Shown here in pieces: positions 22,641 through 34,199 of a DNA stretch of 64,000 nt. The position numbers and the translations under genes are program-made. The stretch's first letter is position 1. Every line of letters begins with the position of its first letter. Location of the stretch: positions 47,822,048-47,886,047 of the forward strand of contig NC_083409.1 of the NCBI RefSeq assembly GCF_020745735.1, in the 5' to 3' direction. Source of the DNA: Hemiscyllium ocellatum. Its lineage: Eukaryota. The notes under the pieces were generated by a model that did not search any database, was not told where the DNA came from, and was given only the letters and a program-made list of their open reading frames with translations.

Positions 22641-24427
22641 TAGACGGTGGAGATTGTTGTGAGTTGTGCTGGCGACTGTAAAATACATGCACGACTCATG
22701 CCACCTCACGCATCAAACTTGTGCAGTTCGGTTTGTCAGCAGGGACAACTACTTTGTACCAAGTTTCTTTTAAAATTTACACATAAATTGCACTAAACTA
22801 AGAAGCACGGAAAACAAATCCTGCACCTAAGATTACTGACCCCTGAAATGTCAGGCTGTGATAAAATATTGACACCTTGGAAATCTATACATTTGAAACC
22901 TGGTTTCGCCTTATTAGATATCGTTACTGAAGCGGTGGGGATAAATTCAGGTCATTTCAAGTTTGCAGTGAGAATAACTTGCACGATGTCCCCACTCGGT
23001 GACTTCCAGCACAAAACACTGTCGCTGCCAAATGAGTGCACCTCTCTGATAGGGTTAGTGTAGGCAGTTGGAGCAAATAGGAAAAGGGGGCGCCTGTGAA
23101 CTAACTGTCCCAGTCAAAACCCCTTCGGTTCTTCGAAGTGATCCAGTGACAGCCAAGGTCTCAGACTGACCGCACGTGGGAAAACTACTCAGCTACATGA
23201 GGCAGACTGGGTAAGGACTCCAACTATATTTCAGCGGTTTTGGTCAGAACTGACACCGACGAGTGCAATTATTAATGCAGTTCTGTGGATAAATATTGCA
23301 GACTTTACATTTAAAATTGCAACGAATTTGTTACTTAAAAGTAAAAGGTGCCACTTTTGCACTCCCATTCCTGACTTCTATAACGTCTCAAGTTGGAGAT
23401 GCTGTCAGGCTCTGGGAGTTTATGAGAATTTTATTTATCAGTTGTCATTTTCATGGAAGTCATTTCGCTGCCTTTGCAAAGCAAATGGAAATCAGAAGTT
23501 GCAGTCTTTTTATCTGTGCATTAAGTATGTGGCAGGGCGTTGCTAACAGTTTCTGTTAAATTGTTGTCTGGCTGCTCCTGTTCTGGATACCCATGCGTCA
23601 ACCTTTTTCCTGTTTTGCACTGTTGTTATCAGTTGCGTGCATCTTCTGTTTATCGCCACCCAGTCTCAGAGCTAAGTTAATTTTGATGTTGCTGAATCGG
23701 TGGCAGACACCAGGCTGGGACTTGAAGCGAGGTCCTTTTTTTCACAAATGGACCCGTTGTAGAGAAGACGCCGGTTTCTTATTGTTTGCAATCGCCGACA
23801 GTATCCTGTTCTCACGGTCTCGCTCTACTTAGCTGCTATTTTTTAACGTTTTCAACAAACCAAGGTAATCTTCATCTGGTTTAAAACAAAACGTTTAAAC
23901 TGCTCACAGACTAAGTTGCAATGTTACTGATTTATTCTCGACTTGCTTCCATCGCCTCCCTTTCGTTTCTACTGAAGCTTGAACGTGCTTCAACAAAAAT
24001 GAGCTGCATTTTTAACGACAGAATTTTTTTTTGTTAAAGACTTCGCTGGCTGTTTTGGGAATAACTGGTTTACTTTGCATAAGGGCATTGAGCCGTCCGT
24101 ATGCGGGATAGTCGCTTTGAAACGTTATACGACGACTTTTGTTTCCATAAAATTAGAACTTGCATTCAAAAAGCGCCTTTCGCAGCGAAGGGAAGCTTTT
24201 AGAAGTATTTCCCCCCAACTGCAGTCGGTTATAATGCAGAAAAGTAAAGCTACAAACAATTTTGGTGGGGCATAAATATAGTGCATCTGTTTATACTGTG
24301 AAGCAAAATGTTGCATGTGCAATTCAGTGAAGTTCGGGGAGTTGGGGATACAGTTCCTTTTGCATTTTGAAGTCAAGAGTTTTGGGATGGCGAGTAATCC
24401 TGCGGGTTGTTGTTGTTTGCTTTGCAG

Positions 24428-24554
24428 AGTGGCGATGGCTCGCGGTCTCTCCGCAGCTCCTCACTGACCCGCCAATCGCGGCGCCCTCTGCCGGCCGACA
24501 GGAGCGCGCCAGCTACAACAACAATAGCAACAACAACCAACAAGTGAATTAGGG
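24428..24554 (+). other. S1PR1: S1PR1 5'UTR part of the coding exon (splice acceptor TTGCTTTGCAG| at 24427; candidate upstream donors at 23864 AAG|GTAATC and 23210 TGG|GTAAGG)
   Basis: Consensus splice signals; mammalian S1PR1 has a non-coding first exon and an intron in the 5'UTR. Confidence 0.5.
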
Positions 24555-25670
24555 ATGGAGACGGGTGGACAGCGCCCCGCGGCGTACATGGGCTACAGCT
24601 ACACAGACCCGGACATCATCCTGCAGCATTACAACTATACCGGCAAACTGAGGGTCAGCACTGGACTCACTGTCTCGTCCATCTGCTTCATTGTCATCTG
24701 CTGCTTCATCATCCTGGAGAACCTCATGGTGTTGCTGGCCATCTGGCAGACCAAAAAGTTCCACCGCGCCATGTACTACTTCATCGGCAACCTGGCACTC
24801 TCGGACCTGCTGGCCGGCGCTGCCTACACCGTCAACATCCTGCTGTCAGGCTCCAACACCTACAGGCTGACCCCGGTGCAGTGGTTCCTGAGGGAGGGCA
24901 GTATGTTTGTGGCCCTCGCTGCTTCGGTGTTCAGCCTGCTGGCTATTGCCATCGAGCGCTACCTGACCATGCTGAAGATGAAGCCACACAGCTCAGGGGG
25001 CAGCTCCCGAGTCTTCCTGCTCATCAGTGGCTGCTGGCTCCTGTCCATGCTCCTGGGCGGCCTGCCCATCATGGGCTGGAATTGCCTGCAGGGCTTCCCG
25101 CACTGCTCCACTGTGCTGCCCCTCTACCACAAGCACTACATCCTGTTCTGCACAACCGTCTTCAGCTTCATCTTGCTTGCCATCGTGCTGCTCTACGCCC
25201 GCATCTATGTCCTGGTGCGCTCCCGCAGCCGCAGCTTCACCTTCCGCAAGGACCTGCGCACCAAGAGCAGCGAGAAGTCCCTGGCTCTGCTCAAGACAGT
25301 GATGATCGTGCTGAGCGCCTTCATCGCCTGCTGGTCTCCGCTCTTCATCCTCCTGCTGCTCGATGTGGCGTGTCAGGCACGAGGCTGTCCGGTGCTCTAC
25401 AAGGCCCAGTGGTTCCTGGCCTTGGCCGTGCTGAACTCGGCCATGAACCCAGTCATCTATACGCTGACCAGCCGGGAGATGAGGCGGGCATTCTTCCGCC
25501 TGCTGTGCTGCCTGTGTCGTCGTGGACCGGCCTGGCGGCACAAGCCCCCGCTCACCATCGCTCTGGAGTTCAGCCCCAGCAGGTCGGACAACTCGTCTCA
25601 TCAGCAGAAGGACGAGTGCTGCACGCCTGAGACCTTGTTGTCCTCAGGCAATGTTAACTCCTCAGCATGA
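24555..25670 (+). CDS. S1PR1: Sphingosine 1-phosphate receptor 1 (class A GPCR), 371 aa, single coding exon
   Basis: HYNYTGKL cap, [73 protein letters not shown], and the S1PR1-specific tail EFS.S.SDNSSH.QKDE...[10 protein letters not shown]. High GC3. Confidence 0.95.
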   Translation: METGGQRPAAYMGYSYTDPDIILQHYNYTGKLRVSTGLTVSSICFIVICCFIILENLMVLLAIWQTKKFHRAMYYFIGNLALSDLLAGAAYTVNILLSGSNTYRLTPVQWFLREGSMFVALAASVFSLLAIAIERYLTMLKMKPHSSGGSSRVFLLISGCWLLSMLLGGLPIMGWNCLQGFPHCSTVLPLYHKHYILFCTTVFSFILLAIVLLYARIYVLVRSRSRSFTFRKDLRTKSSEKSLALLKTVMIVLSAFIACWSPLFILLLLDVACQARGCPVLYKAQWFLALAVLNSAMNPVIYTLTSREMRRAFFRLLCCLCRRGPAWRHKPPLTIALEFSPSRSDNSSHQQKDECCTPETLLSSGNVNSSA

Positions 25671-27086
25671 GGGTGCAGGGGAGGCTGCAACAGAGGTGGG
25701 GGAGCAGACAGTGAAGAAGGGTGGGAAGGTCAGGACGCACAAAAACTACTCTGCTGGACATACCCAGGTTATAGCTACTCATCCTCTCAACCTCTGGTGT
25801 TGAAATGTAATCCTCACCTTTTACACCAGTAAAAAGGCAAAGACATTGGGACCAAGCACTGGAGTTCAGAAATTTTGTCTTATTACTCCAATATGGGAGA
25901 GGTCTCTTTTTTTAAAAAAAAGTGCATGGACAATTTTCTTCTGGACTTTTGAAAGGAGATAAATTCTATTTTAAGAGAAAAGTACCTACCGAGACCTGGT
26001 CTGCTTCAGGATTTTATGTCTCAAGACAGTATCGTTCTTTGGGAGTCATAGTACCGAACATGCAGATCTTTGGATTAGTTGCCCAGAATCTAGGGCTAAT
26101 GATGGGATGCAGAGCATTTCATGAAAAAACAGACATGCCCAACTGCTTGGTTTCTGAATGACTTTGGTGAAGTTACCTTCTGTAAAGACTGAGTATTTTA
26201 GAGATGCCTTATAGATTCTACTGTACATGTATTAAAACAAACATTCAAATGCATTATGTAATGTAAGATAAGAAGAATATAGTATCAAATTGTTGAAAAT
26301 GAAGGATATTACTAACTAGTCGCGACTGTATCATTTTGAATGTATCAAATTGTCATTCCACTCTTCAACCATACAATATTAACCTCTTCATTTATTAATT
26401 TATTAACATTTGCGAAATTTAAATACAACTTTTCCAGATTTGTTGCATAGCATTACAATGAAAGGTTACATTTTAGATACTTGACTGAACAAAATGATTT
26501 GTCTAAATTATTCAACTTTTGTAATTAGGGATTGACACAAAGTGGCATGTTTTATTCCAAACTGCAAATAGAATTTTTCAACAAATAATGTGAAAATGGC
26601 ATTCATGTGAAAATGCACACAATATATGTAAATACATATTCCTTTTAATTCAACAATTGTTTTGAGATTTTGTTTATTTTGAAACATCTTTTACACCAGT
26701 ACAACGCACTAATCAATCAATTGTTCGCTCAGATTTGTTTATTAAAATTGGGGCATCTTATCAACATGACTTATTTGGCCTGGTGGGATAAATTGGGAAA
26801 ATCAAGGCCAGGGATTATCATATTAGTGACTTCTTATGGTTGTAGTTCATGGAGTCCCATCTAGAAGTTATTTCTGATAATTCATTCAAATTTTCCACTT
26901 ACAGAAAATTAGCCAATTATTGGAATTAAAGAATGCAAACCATAAGCGACATGATGTTTTATTATTTTAGAAATCTTATTCTTGTTCAGATCCATCTCTT
27001 TGGTATTTCTGTAATAGTTTGATGTCCAAAAAACCTAGAATGTTAGTTTTTTGTTGGGAAAAGATTGTGTATAGGAGTAAATTCTT

Positions 27087-27092
27087 AATAAA
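27087..27092 (+). terminator. Candidate S1PR1 polyadenylation signal (AATAAA) ending a ~1.4 kb AT-rich, repeat-free 3'UTR
   Basis: AATAAA immediately before repeat-derived sequence resumes; ATTAAA variants occur earlier. Confidence 0.4.
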
Positions 27093-27254
27093 ATTCTACA
27101 ACATGATTAATGAACTCACACTTAAAGAACTGTAGTTTTAATCTCCTTACCTGAGGAAGAACACACTTGCCCTAAAGAAAGGGTAATGAAAGTTCATTGG
27201 ATTGGTTCATGAGGGCAATTGCCCTTAGAGGTGAGATAAGAGTAGACTAGATAT

Positions 27255-27734
27255 TGTCCTGGATCACAAAGTGTATCCAAGCAGTTCTTCGGATTCAGTT
27301 AATTATAGTTAAGAGAAGATTCAGCAATACAAATTTACTTAAATATAAATGTTTATTAAATAAATAAAACGAAAGGAAAACTTAACAATAAGCTTCATGC
27401 CCTGCTGCCTGTCAGGAACCCTCAGCTGATAGCTGGTATGGAGACTTAGGTTTGTTCCTGGCACCGATTGTGATCCCGGTCTGTGGTGAAGTCCAACAAC
27501 TTGGAACAATACTCTATCTCTTATACAGTGTAACTAACAGCAAGTACTGAAAAACAGGTGGATTGTGCTGTGTTCAACATATACTGCAATATTCACAGGA
27601 CCCATTCAAGGTCATGCAGCTGTCCAATATCACCATCAATTTTAGCATACTCTATATAGACATATATTCCCTGTCGTTTAGAAAAAGTAAAGATTAACAA
27701 ATTGAAATCTGAAATTCTACAGTGGCTTACAGCA
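27255..27734 (-). mobile_element. Solo-LTR-like insertion
   Basis: TG...CA termini, direct repeat TAGATAT at 27248-27254 / 27735-27741; on - a TATAA (~27521-27525) followed by AATAAA (~27352-27357). Confidence 0.55.
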
Positions 27735-27747
27735 TAGATATTGGGGA

Positions 27748-28054
27748 GGCGGCACGGTGGCACAGTGGTTAGCACTGCTGCCTCACAGCGCCAGGGACCT
27801 GGGTTCAATTCCCGCCTCAGGCGACTGACTGTGTGGAGTTTGCACGTTCTCCCTTTGTCTGCGTGGGTTTACTCCAGGTGCTCCGGTTTCCTCCCACAGT
27901 CCAAAGATGTGCGGGTCAGGTGAATTGGTCATGCTAAATTGCCCGTAGTGTTAGGTAAGGGGTATATGTAGGGGTATGGGTGGGTTGCGCTTCGGCGGGT
28001 CGGTGTGGACTTGTTGGGCCGAAGGGCCTGTTTCCACACTGTAAGTAATCTAAT
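27748..28054 (+). mobile_element. HE1-type V-SINE, young full-length copy
   Basis: A-box TGGCACAGTGG, B-box GGTTCAATTCC, V-core, CpG-rich, 3' end GGGCCGAAGGGCCTGTTTCCACACTGTA shared with CR1/HER1-type LINE ends. Confidence 0.9.
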
Positions 28055-28528
28055 TGAGGAAATATTTTATCTGGTTGGGGGACCTAGAGTATGGGGTCCC
28101 TCCCAGAATACAGGTTATACCATTTAGGATTGAAATGAGAAATGTCTTCAGTTAAAAGATTTGAAATCTATGAAATTCTTTATCCTGGAAAGCTGTAGCT
28201 GTTCAGTCTTTGGATATTTAATGAGATAGGAATACTGTGTGAAGGTGGAGTAGAGGTAGAGGGTGAACTTTTTACCTTGTTGAATGTTGGGGTCAAATGA
28301 TCCATTCTACCTCCTATTTCTTATGTAACATCCACGATCTCATCATTTCTTAAGCTCCTGCATTTTAGAATCACGGCAGGAGGTCATTTGATGCATCAGG
28401 ACTGTGTTAGTTATTTTCTAAAGAATCTAATCCCACTTTCCTACTCTGTCAATTGGGCAAAATGTGTACAATGTGCCTTCAGTTGTTTTAGCCTCAACAC
28501 TTTGGAATTTCTTGCCTGAATCCCTCTG

Positions 28529-28530
<2 letters not shown>

Positions 28531-28610
<80 letters not shown>
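28531..28610 (+). repeat. (GT)40 microsatellite
   Basis: Perfect dinucleotide run. Confidence 0.98.
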
Positions 28611-28613
<3 letters not shown>

Positions 28614-28735
28614 CCTGTGAGGCACCTTGAGGTATTATATGGAATTAAAAACACATATAAATGTTAGCTATTATTGTAATATGAACTAATCACCTAATTT
28701 TAGTGACTACATTAAATCTATAACACAAAAAGGCA

Positions 28736-29722
28736 GGAGCTCTGCACCATTGTTAAAGATGCCCTCCAACGCATCTCATCCACATCCCGCACCTCCGCCC
28801 TCAGACCCCACCCCTCCAACCGTAACAAGGACAGAACACCCCTGGGGCTCACCTTCCACCCTACAAACCTTCGCATAAACCAAATCATCCGCCGACATTT
28901 CTGCCACCTCCAAAATGATCCCACCACCAGGGACATATTCCCACTCCCCTCTCCGCCTTCCGCAAAGACTACCTGGTCAGGTCTACGTCCCCCTTCAACC
29001 CACCCTCCCATCCTGGCACTTTCCCCTGCCACCACAGGAACTGTAGAACCTGTGCCCACACCTCCATCCAAGGCCCTAAAGGAGCCTTCCACATCCATCA
29101 AAGTTTTACCTGCACATCCACCAATATCATTTACTGTATCTGTTGCTCCTGATGCGGTCTCCTCTACATTGGGGAGACTCCTAGCAGAGCGCTTTAGGGA
29201 ACATCTCCAGGACACCCGCACCAATCAACCACACTGGCCCGTGGCCCAACACTTCAACTCCCCCTCCCACTCTGCGGAGGACATGGGGAGGTTCTGGGCC
29301 TCCTTCACCGCCGCTCCCTCACCACCAGACGCCTGGAGGAAGAACACCTCATCTTCCACCTCGGAACACTTCAACCCCAGGGCATCAATGTGGACTTCAA
29401 CAGTTTCCTCATTTCCCCTTCCCCCACCTCACCCTAGTTCCAAACTTCCAGCTCAGCACTGTCCCCATGACTTGTCCGGACTTGTCCTACCTGCCTATCT
29501 CCTTTTCCACCTATCCACTCCACCCTCTCCTCCCTGACCTATCACCTTCATCCCCTCCCCCACTCACCCATTGTACTCTATGCTACTCTCTCCCCACCCC
29601 CACCCTCCCCTAGCTTATCTCTCCACGCTTCAGGCTCACTGCCTTTATTCCCGATGAAGGGCTTTTGCTGCTCCTTGGATGCTGCCTGAACTGCTGTGCT
29701 CTTCCAACAACACTAATCCAGA
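28736..29722 (+). mobile_element. Penelope-like element, 5'-truncated (GIY-YIG endonuclease remnant + pseudo-LTR)
   Basis: FTCTSTNIIYCICCS*CGLLYIGET...RFREHL at ~29104-29210. Ends in C(C)GATGAAGGGCTTTTG..GGATGCTGCCTGAACTGCTGTG, the hammerhead-bearing terminus with an internal deletion. Confidence 0.85.
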
Positions 29723-30671
29723 AAATGGTTAAGATGCTGTGACTCCAATAAACACTAGTGATGGAGATTGATGCACAGCAGTGGAGAATACAGCAATTCA
29801 AAATGTAAAGGAAACCGGTCATACTGTACATTCCCATCAATGTGAAATGTTTTGGCTTTGGATCAACAGAGAAGAAGCACCTTTCATGTTACTTGTAAAG
29901 AGCACCAACAACCAATGTTTAGTTGTCAGCAGCTTCCTTGTGTGGATTTCTACATCAATGGAAAAGTCAACTTTACAACAAATTAATTGTGTTTTGGAAG
30001 GTGCTTCCTACCAGCAGCACAAACATGGAAAAATTATTCCAGAATATATGGTCTAACGTATACTGAAAATTGATTCCTATCAAGCAGAAGATCACCTGAC
30101 AGAGAGAGTGAGAATCTCACATTGACTCAACATCAACTACTGCTTCCAACAGCAAGTAGTGCTTGGAAATTGTTAAAATGCAATTTTGCATCATCATAGG
30201 TCACGGCCTTTGGTCTGACATGAAAACTGTAGCAAGAATGTGGTTAATGAGAGACAACCTCTGGGCATGCAAGAGCTCTCAGGGCTGAGAGGTTCTCAGT
30301 GAGTTACTGAAGTGCGCTCCTTGCCTGCACATTTCCCCATTGTGGCTCCATGTCAGTATTTGACAATTGAGTAGCCCCAGTCCTGTGCAATCCAGATTTG
30401 GGGTGAAAGAGATACCTAACCTGGAGTGTGAGGTGGAGGCAGGAGACCTGTGAGACCAGGGTTGGAGGGAGCAGTTTAATGTACAGAATGTTAAGCAAAC
30501 AGTACCTACTTCTCCACCTGTTTTCTAGGACAGGCATCATATAAACAGCCAGGTGGGACAACTTTAAAACTGTGAGATGTCAAGGTTTGTGTACAGCGCA
30601 GGCCACCATGGATGGAGCTGTGAGCACAGATAGGAAGATAGTTGACATCATCACCCTGTCAGCACATGTAC

Positions 30672-30757
30672 CCAGATTCTGGATTAGTGGTGCTGGAAGA
30701 GCACAGCTGTTCAGCAGCATCCAAGAGCAGTGAAATCGACGTTTCGGGCAAAATAGG
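30672..30757 (-). mobile_element. Penelope pseudo-LTR-derived short unit (3' half of hammerhead only)
   Basis: Reverse complement of the 29660-29722 terminus, plus GCCCGAAACGTCGA on -. Confidence 0.7.
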
Positions 30758-30966
30758 CATTCTGCTTTCCATTTTGAAATCTCCTTGAGGAGATGGATTG
30801 CTCTTCCTTTGACAGCAGCAGTGAGGGGGTGCAGAACTGGCAGGAACATGTTCAGCAGCAGCAGTCCCGGCCCCAGCCACCGTCTCCGGCCTCTCAAAGA
30901 GCCCTTCTTCACATAATGCAGCAACTGGAAGGAGACTACTGTCAAGAAGGGAAAGCTCCATTTTCA

Positions 30967-31209
30967 TCACTCCCATCTTCCACCTCCCCCTCACTCCTAT
31001 CTTCCACCTCTCCCTCACTCCCATCTTCCACCTCTCCCTCACTCCCATCTTCCACCTCTCCCTCACTCCCATCTTCCACCTCCCCCTCACTCCCATCTTC
31101 CACCTCCCCCTCACTCCCATCTTCCACCTCTCCCTCACTCCCATCTTCCACCTCCCCCTCACTCCCATCTTCCACCTCCCCCTCACTCCCTGCCTTCACC
31201 TCTCCCTCA
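30967..31209 (+). repeat. 24-bp polypyrimidine minisatellite, ~10 copies (TCACTCCCATCTTCCACCTCYCCC)
   Basis: Directly visible; explains the low-complexity ORFs at 30659-31347. Confidence 0.95.
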
Positions 31210-31518
31210 TTGATAGAGGGGGAGCTCAGCAATGGAGTCAAGACGAGGCAGTTGGATTCTCATGTTGAAGATGCTCATTGCCTGGCACTTGTGTGGTGCA
31301 TATGTTACTTGCCACTTGTCACCCTAAGCCTGGATGAACAAATCTAACTGCATTTGAACATGGACTGCTTCAGTATCTGAGCAGTCATGAATGGTTCTGA
31401 ACATTGTTTACTGATGATAGCACATCACCACTCCAACCAAGGTCTGACTCCAGCCAGAGAAGAGTTTACCTCCTGAATCCCATTGATTCTAGTTTTGCTC
31501 AAGTACATTAATGCTACA

Positions 31519-31646
31519 TTTATCTCTCCACCCTCCAGGCACTCTGCCTGTATTCCTGATGAAGGGCTTTTGCCCGAAACATCGATTTTACTGCTCCTCG
31601 GATGCTGCCTGAACTGCTGTGCTTTTCCAGCACCTCAAATCCAGAA
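31519..31646 (+). mobile_element. Penelope pseudo-LTR unit with near-intact hammerhead motif (31552-31588)
   Basis: ATTC CTGATGA AGGGC TTTT GCCC GAAAC ATC GATT: perfect stem II, G16.2>A consistent with CpG decay. Confidence 0.75.
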
Positions 31647-33271
31647 CCACATTTGGTCAAGTTTTGCCTTCAGTGTAGGAGGCTGAGGGGTTTGTAAAAT
31701 CATGAAGGGCATGGATAGGATGAATAGCCAAGGTCTTCTTTCCAGGATAGGGGGGTCCAAACGTAGAGGGCATAAGTGTAAGATGAGAGAGGAAATATTT
31801 AAAAGGGACCTGACAGGCAATACAGAGGGTGGTGCATGCATGGAATGAGTTGCCAGAGGAAGTGATAGAAGTGAGTACAATTACAACATTTAAAAGACAT
31901 TTGGACAGGTACATGGATAGGAAAGATTTAGAGGGATAAGGGCCAAATACAGGCAAATGGGACTACTTCAGTTTAGGAAGCCTGGTCAGCATGGATGAGT
32001 TGGCCCGAAGAGTCTAGTTCTGTGCTGTATGACTTTATGCATGTAGCTGTGATGGAACTGGTCCAGTATTTCTCAGAGCGGAGTGACATTTACTAAATAT
32101 TTATCTACATGTTTCACCTTAATGTATGACAATGAGATTGGATTAAGCAGGGGAAAAATACAGTGACATTTGGCAATGTTCCAGCAGAGAGACAGAAATT
32201 GTATTTTTCAGCATATCTGTCAGCTAACAGCCTGCCAACAAGCCCAGGGAAATGGGTTAACAATGGATTAAAGGTAAACAATATCTGGAAATCTACACTG
32301 ACTCCACTGTGCTTCCACTTGTGCCTTTCCTAGCACGAAACAGTAATAGATTATTGTGTCACAGACCCTGCCAAATAGGTTGTCAAACTGTCATTTATCC
32401 ACAGGTCTCTATGATCAAAGAGCCAATTACTAGCTTCACATTTTAACTTCTCGATTTATTAGCTTCTTAATATCATGACAGGTACCGTTGATGAAGAACA
32501 GACTGTCACAATACCTGTAACATATTTCACAGCGAGCAGTATATGTACGGTTGACAAGATAACTTAGGAAGTACAAGTCTTGAGTAATCTGTTGATATTT
32601 ATCACAATGAAATACAGTTGCTGAAACAATAGGATTCATTGATTTTATGTTTTAAGATTCAAAAATGGTAAATGTTTGTATTAATTGAACAAGGGGAGTG
32701 CGATCAGTTTTACTTCTGGTCCTCATTAAACACTTCAAGCTCTGGGTAGCATTTAGAGTAAAACACAACTTATCCATGGTGGTTACCATTAACCAGAAAC
32801 TAAACTGGAGCAGCCTATAATATTCCCTCTAATTTTATTTGTTCCTGCACAGACTTCTGATGTCTGTGCATGATATATTTAAACCAGAGCAAAATTCATA
32901 TCATTAGACCATAAGATGTAGGAAGGTAAGTAAATCATTTGGTCCATCAAGTATTCTGCCATACAGTGACATTGTGGTTGCTCTGATAATTCTCAACCCC
33001 ACTTTCCTGCCTTGTCCCTATAATTCTTCATTTCCTTACTGCTTAAAAATCTGTCCAATTGAACTTTGAATACACTTAATGACCCCCAACCTTAACAGCC
33101 CTCTGTGGTTAATCTTTTCACTGGCTCTGAAAGAAAACAATTCTTCTCATCTTCTTACATGGGTGACCCCTTACTCTGAGATTATGCCCTCTGGTCCTAG
33201 ACTCTCTCATATGGAAAGAAAATCTCTCAGCATCTAACCTGTCAAGCCCCATAACAATCTTTTAATGTTTT

Positions 33272-33359
33272 AAGTTAAAGATCACACAACACCAGGTTAT
33301 AGTCCAACAGGTTTAATTGGAAGCACACTAGCTTTCGGAGCACCACTCCTTCATCAGGT
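33272..33359 (-). mobile_element. Second-family Penelope pseudo-LTR with hammerhead motif (33326-33359); resumes at 34082-34200 after an LTR insertion
   Basis: Minus strand reads AC CUGAUGA AGGAGU GGU GCUCC GAAA G C UA/GUG (palindromic AGCU, CUA triplet). Confidence 0.7.
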
Positions 33360-34077
33360 TGTTAGTGCGGATGAAATGATCTCAGTCCGAGCCCAGCGTG
33401 CGGTTCGACAATCGGTAACTTTATTGAAGTATGTAACGCCGGCGGAGACCAACCTAGGTCCGAATCTCGATCACTCTAACGTTTCCCGTGCGGTGTTACA
33501 AGTTATATACTTCATGAGTCAGGATGTAGGAGATTGGGTATGAATGAGTGTGAATGGTGGTACTCATGGCTGGAGTATGTGTGAACGTCAAGTTCCTGCC
33601 GTCCTCGGAGAGTCGGCAGCACACACAAAAGGTGTGCTGTTTATCTTTATGTAAATGGGTCCGGGTGCTATCTGCTTGTCTCTCCGTGAGGGCTGGAGGC
33701 TAGCACCCCACTTTGTTACTTCCAAAGTGTCTGTTAGGTTCATCCTGTTTGTTTGGTGTTTGCCTTTTGTGTAGGACTGTTTTGCATGATCAGGTTATGG
33801 GTGTGTGTCAGTTGGGACCTTGACGAGATTATAAGGTGGGTTTCGATCTGTGAGTCATGACCATTGTCTGGAGTCATGACTAGTGTCTGGTCTGGTGTGT
33901 ATTTGGATCTGTCTTTGGGCCCCCTTCTCCCGATCATGTGGTTGGGCTGGCAGCTGCTGTCTTAAAATTAATAGTTTGCTTTAAAATGGATACTGCTGGC
34001 TTAAAATGGATACTGCTGGTTTTCCCGCTGTGGGCCTTGCTCCACGGTAAACACGGGGCGGTTTATGCCCGCCATCA
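33360..34077 (-). mobile_element. Young CpG-rich solo LTR (ERV/Gypsy type)
   Basis: TG...CA termini, 4-bp TSD AGGT/ATGT (1 mismatch), TATATAA (~33504-33510) then AATAAA (33420-33425) on -, internal 20-bp tandem duplication ~33980-34019. Confidence 0.7.
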
Positions 34078-34199
34078 ATGTAATTGTGGAGGACACAATT
34101 GTAAGGCACAGAATTTATAGCAAAAATTTACAGTGTGATGTAGCTGAAATTTTACATTGAAAAACACCTTGATTGTCTGTTGAGTCTTTCATGTTTTAG

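Noticed and set aside
24881-25630. 249-aa overlapping ORF and 202-aa antisense ORF in S1PR1
   Set aside because: Expected shadow frames of a high-GC3 coding sequence; no recognisable motifs.
27748-27830. tRNA gene
   Set aside because: The A/B boxes belong to the tRNA-derived SINE head; no complete cloverleaf.
30580-31347. Low-complexity ORFs as a gene or as the Harbinger Myb-like partner
   Set aside because: Mostly minisatellite and pseudo-LTR; no Trp-repeat Myb motif and no supported splice structure.
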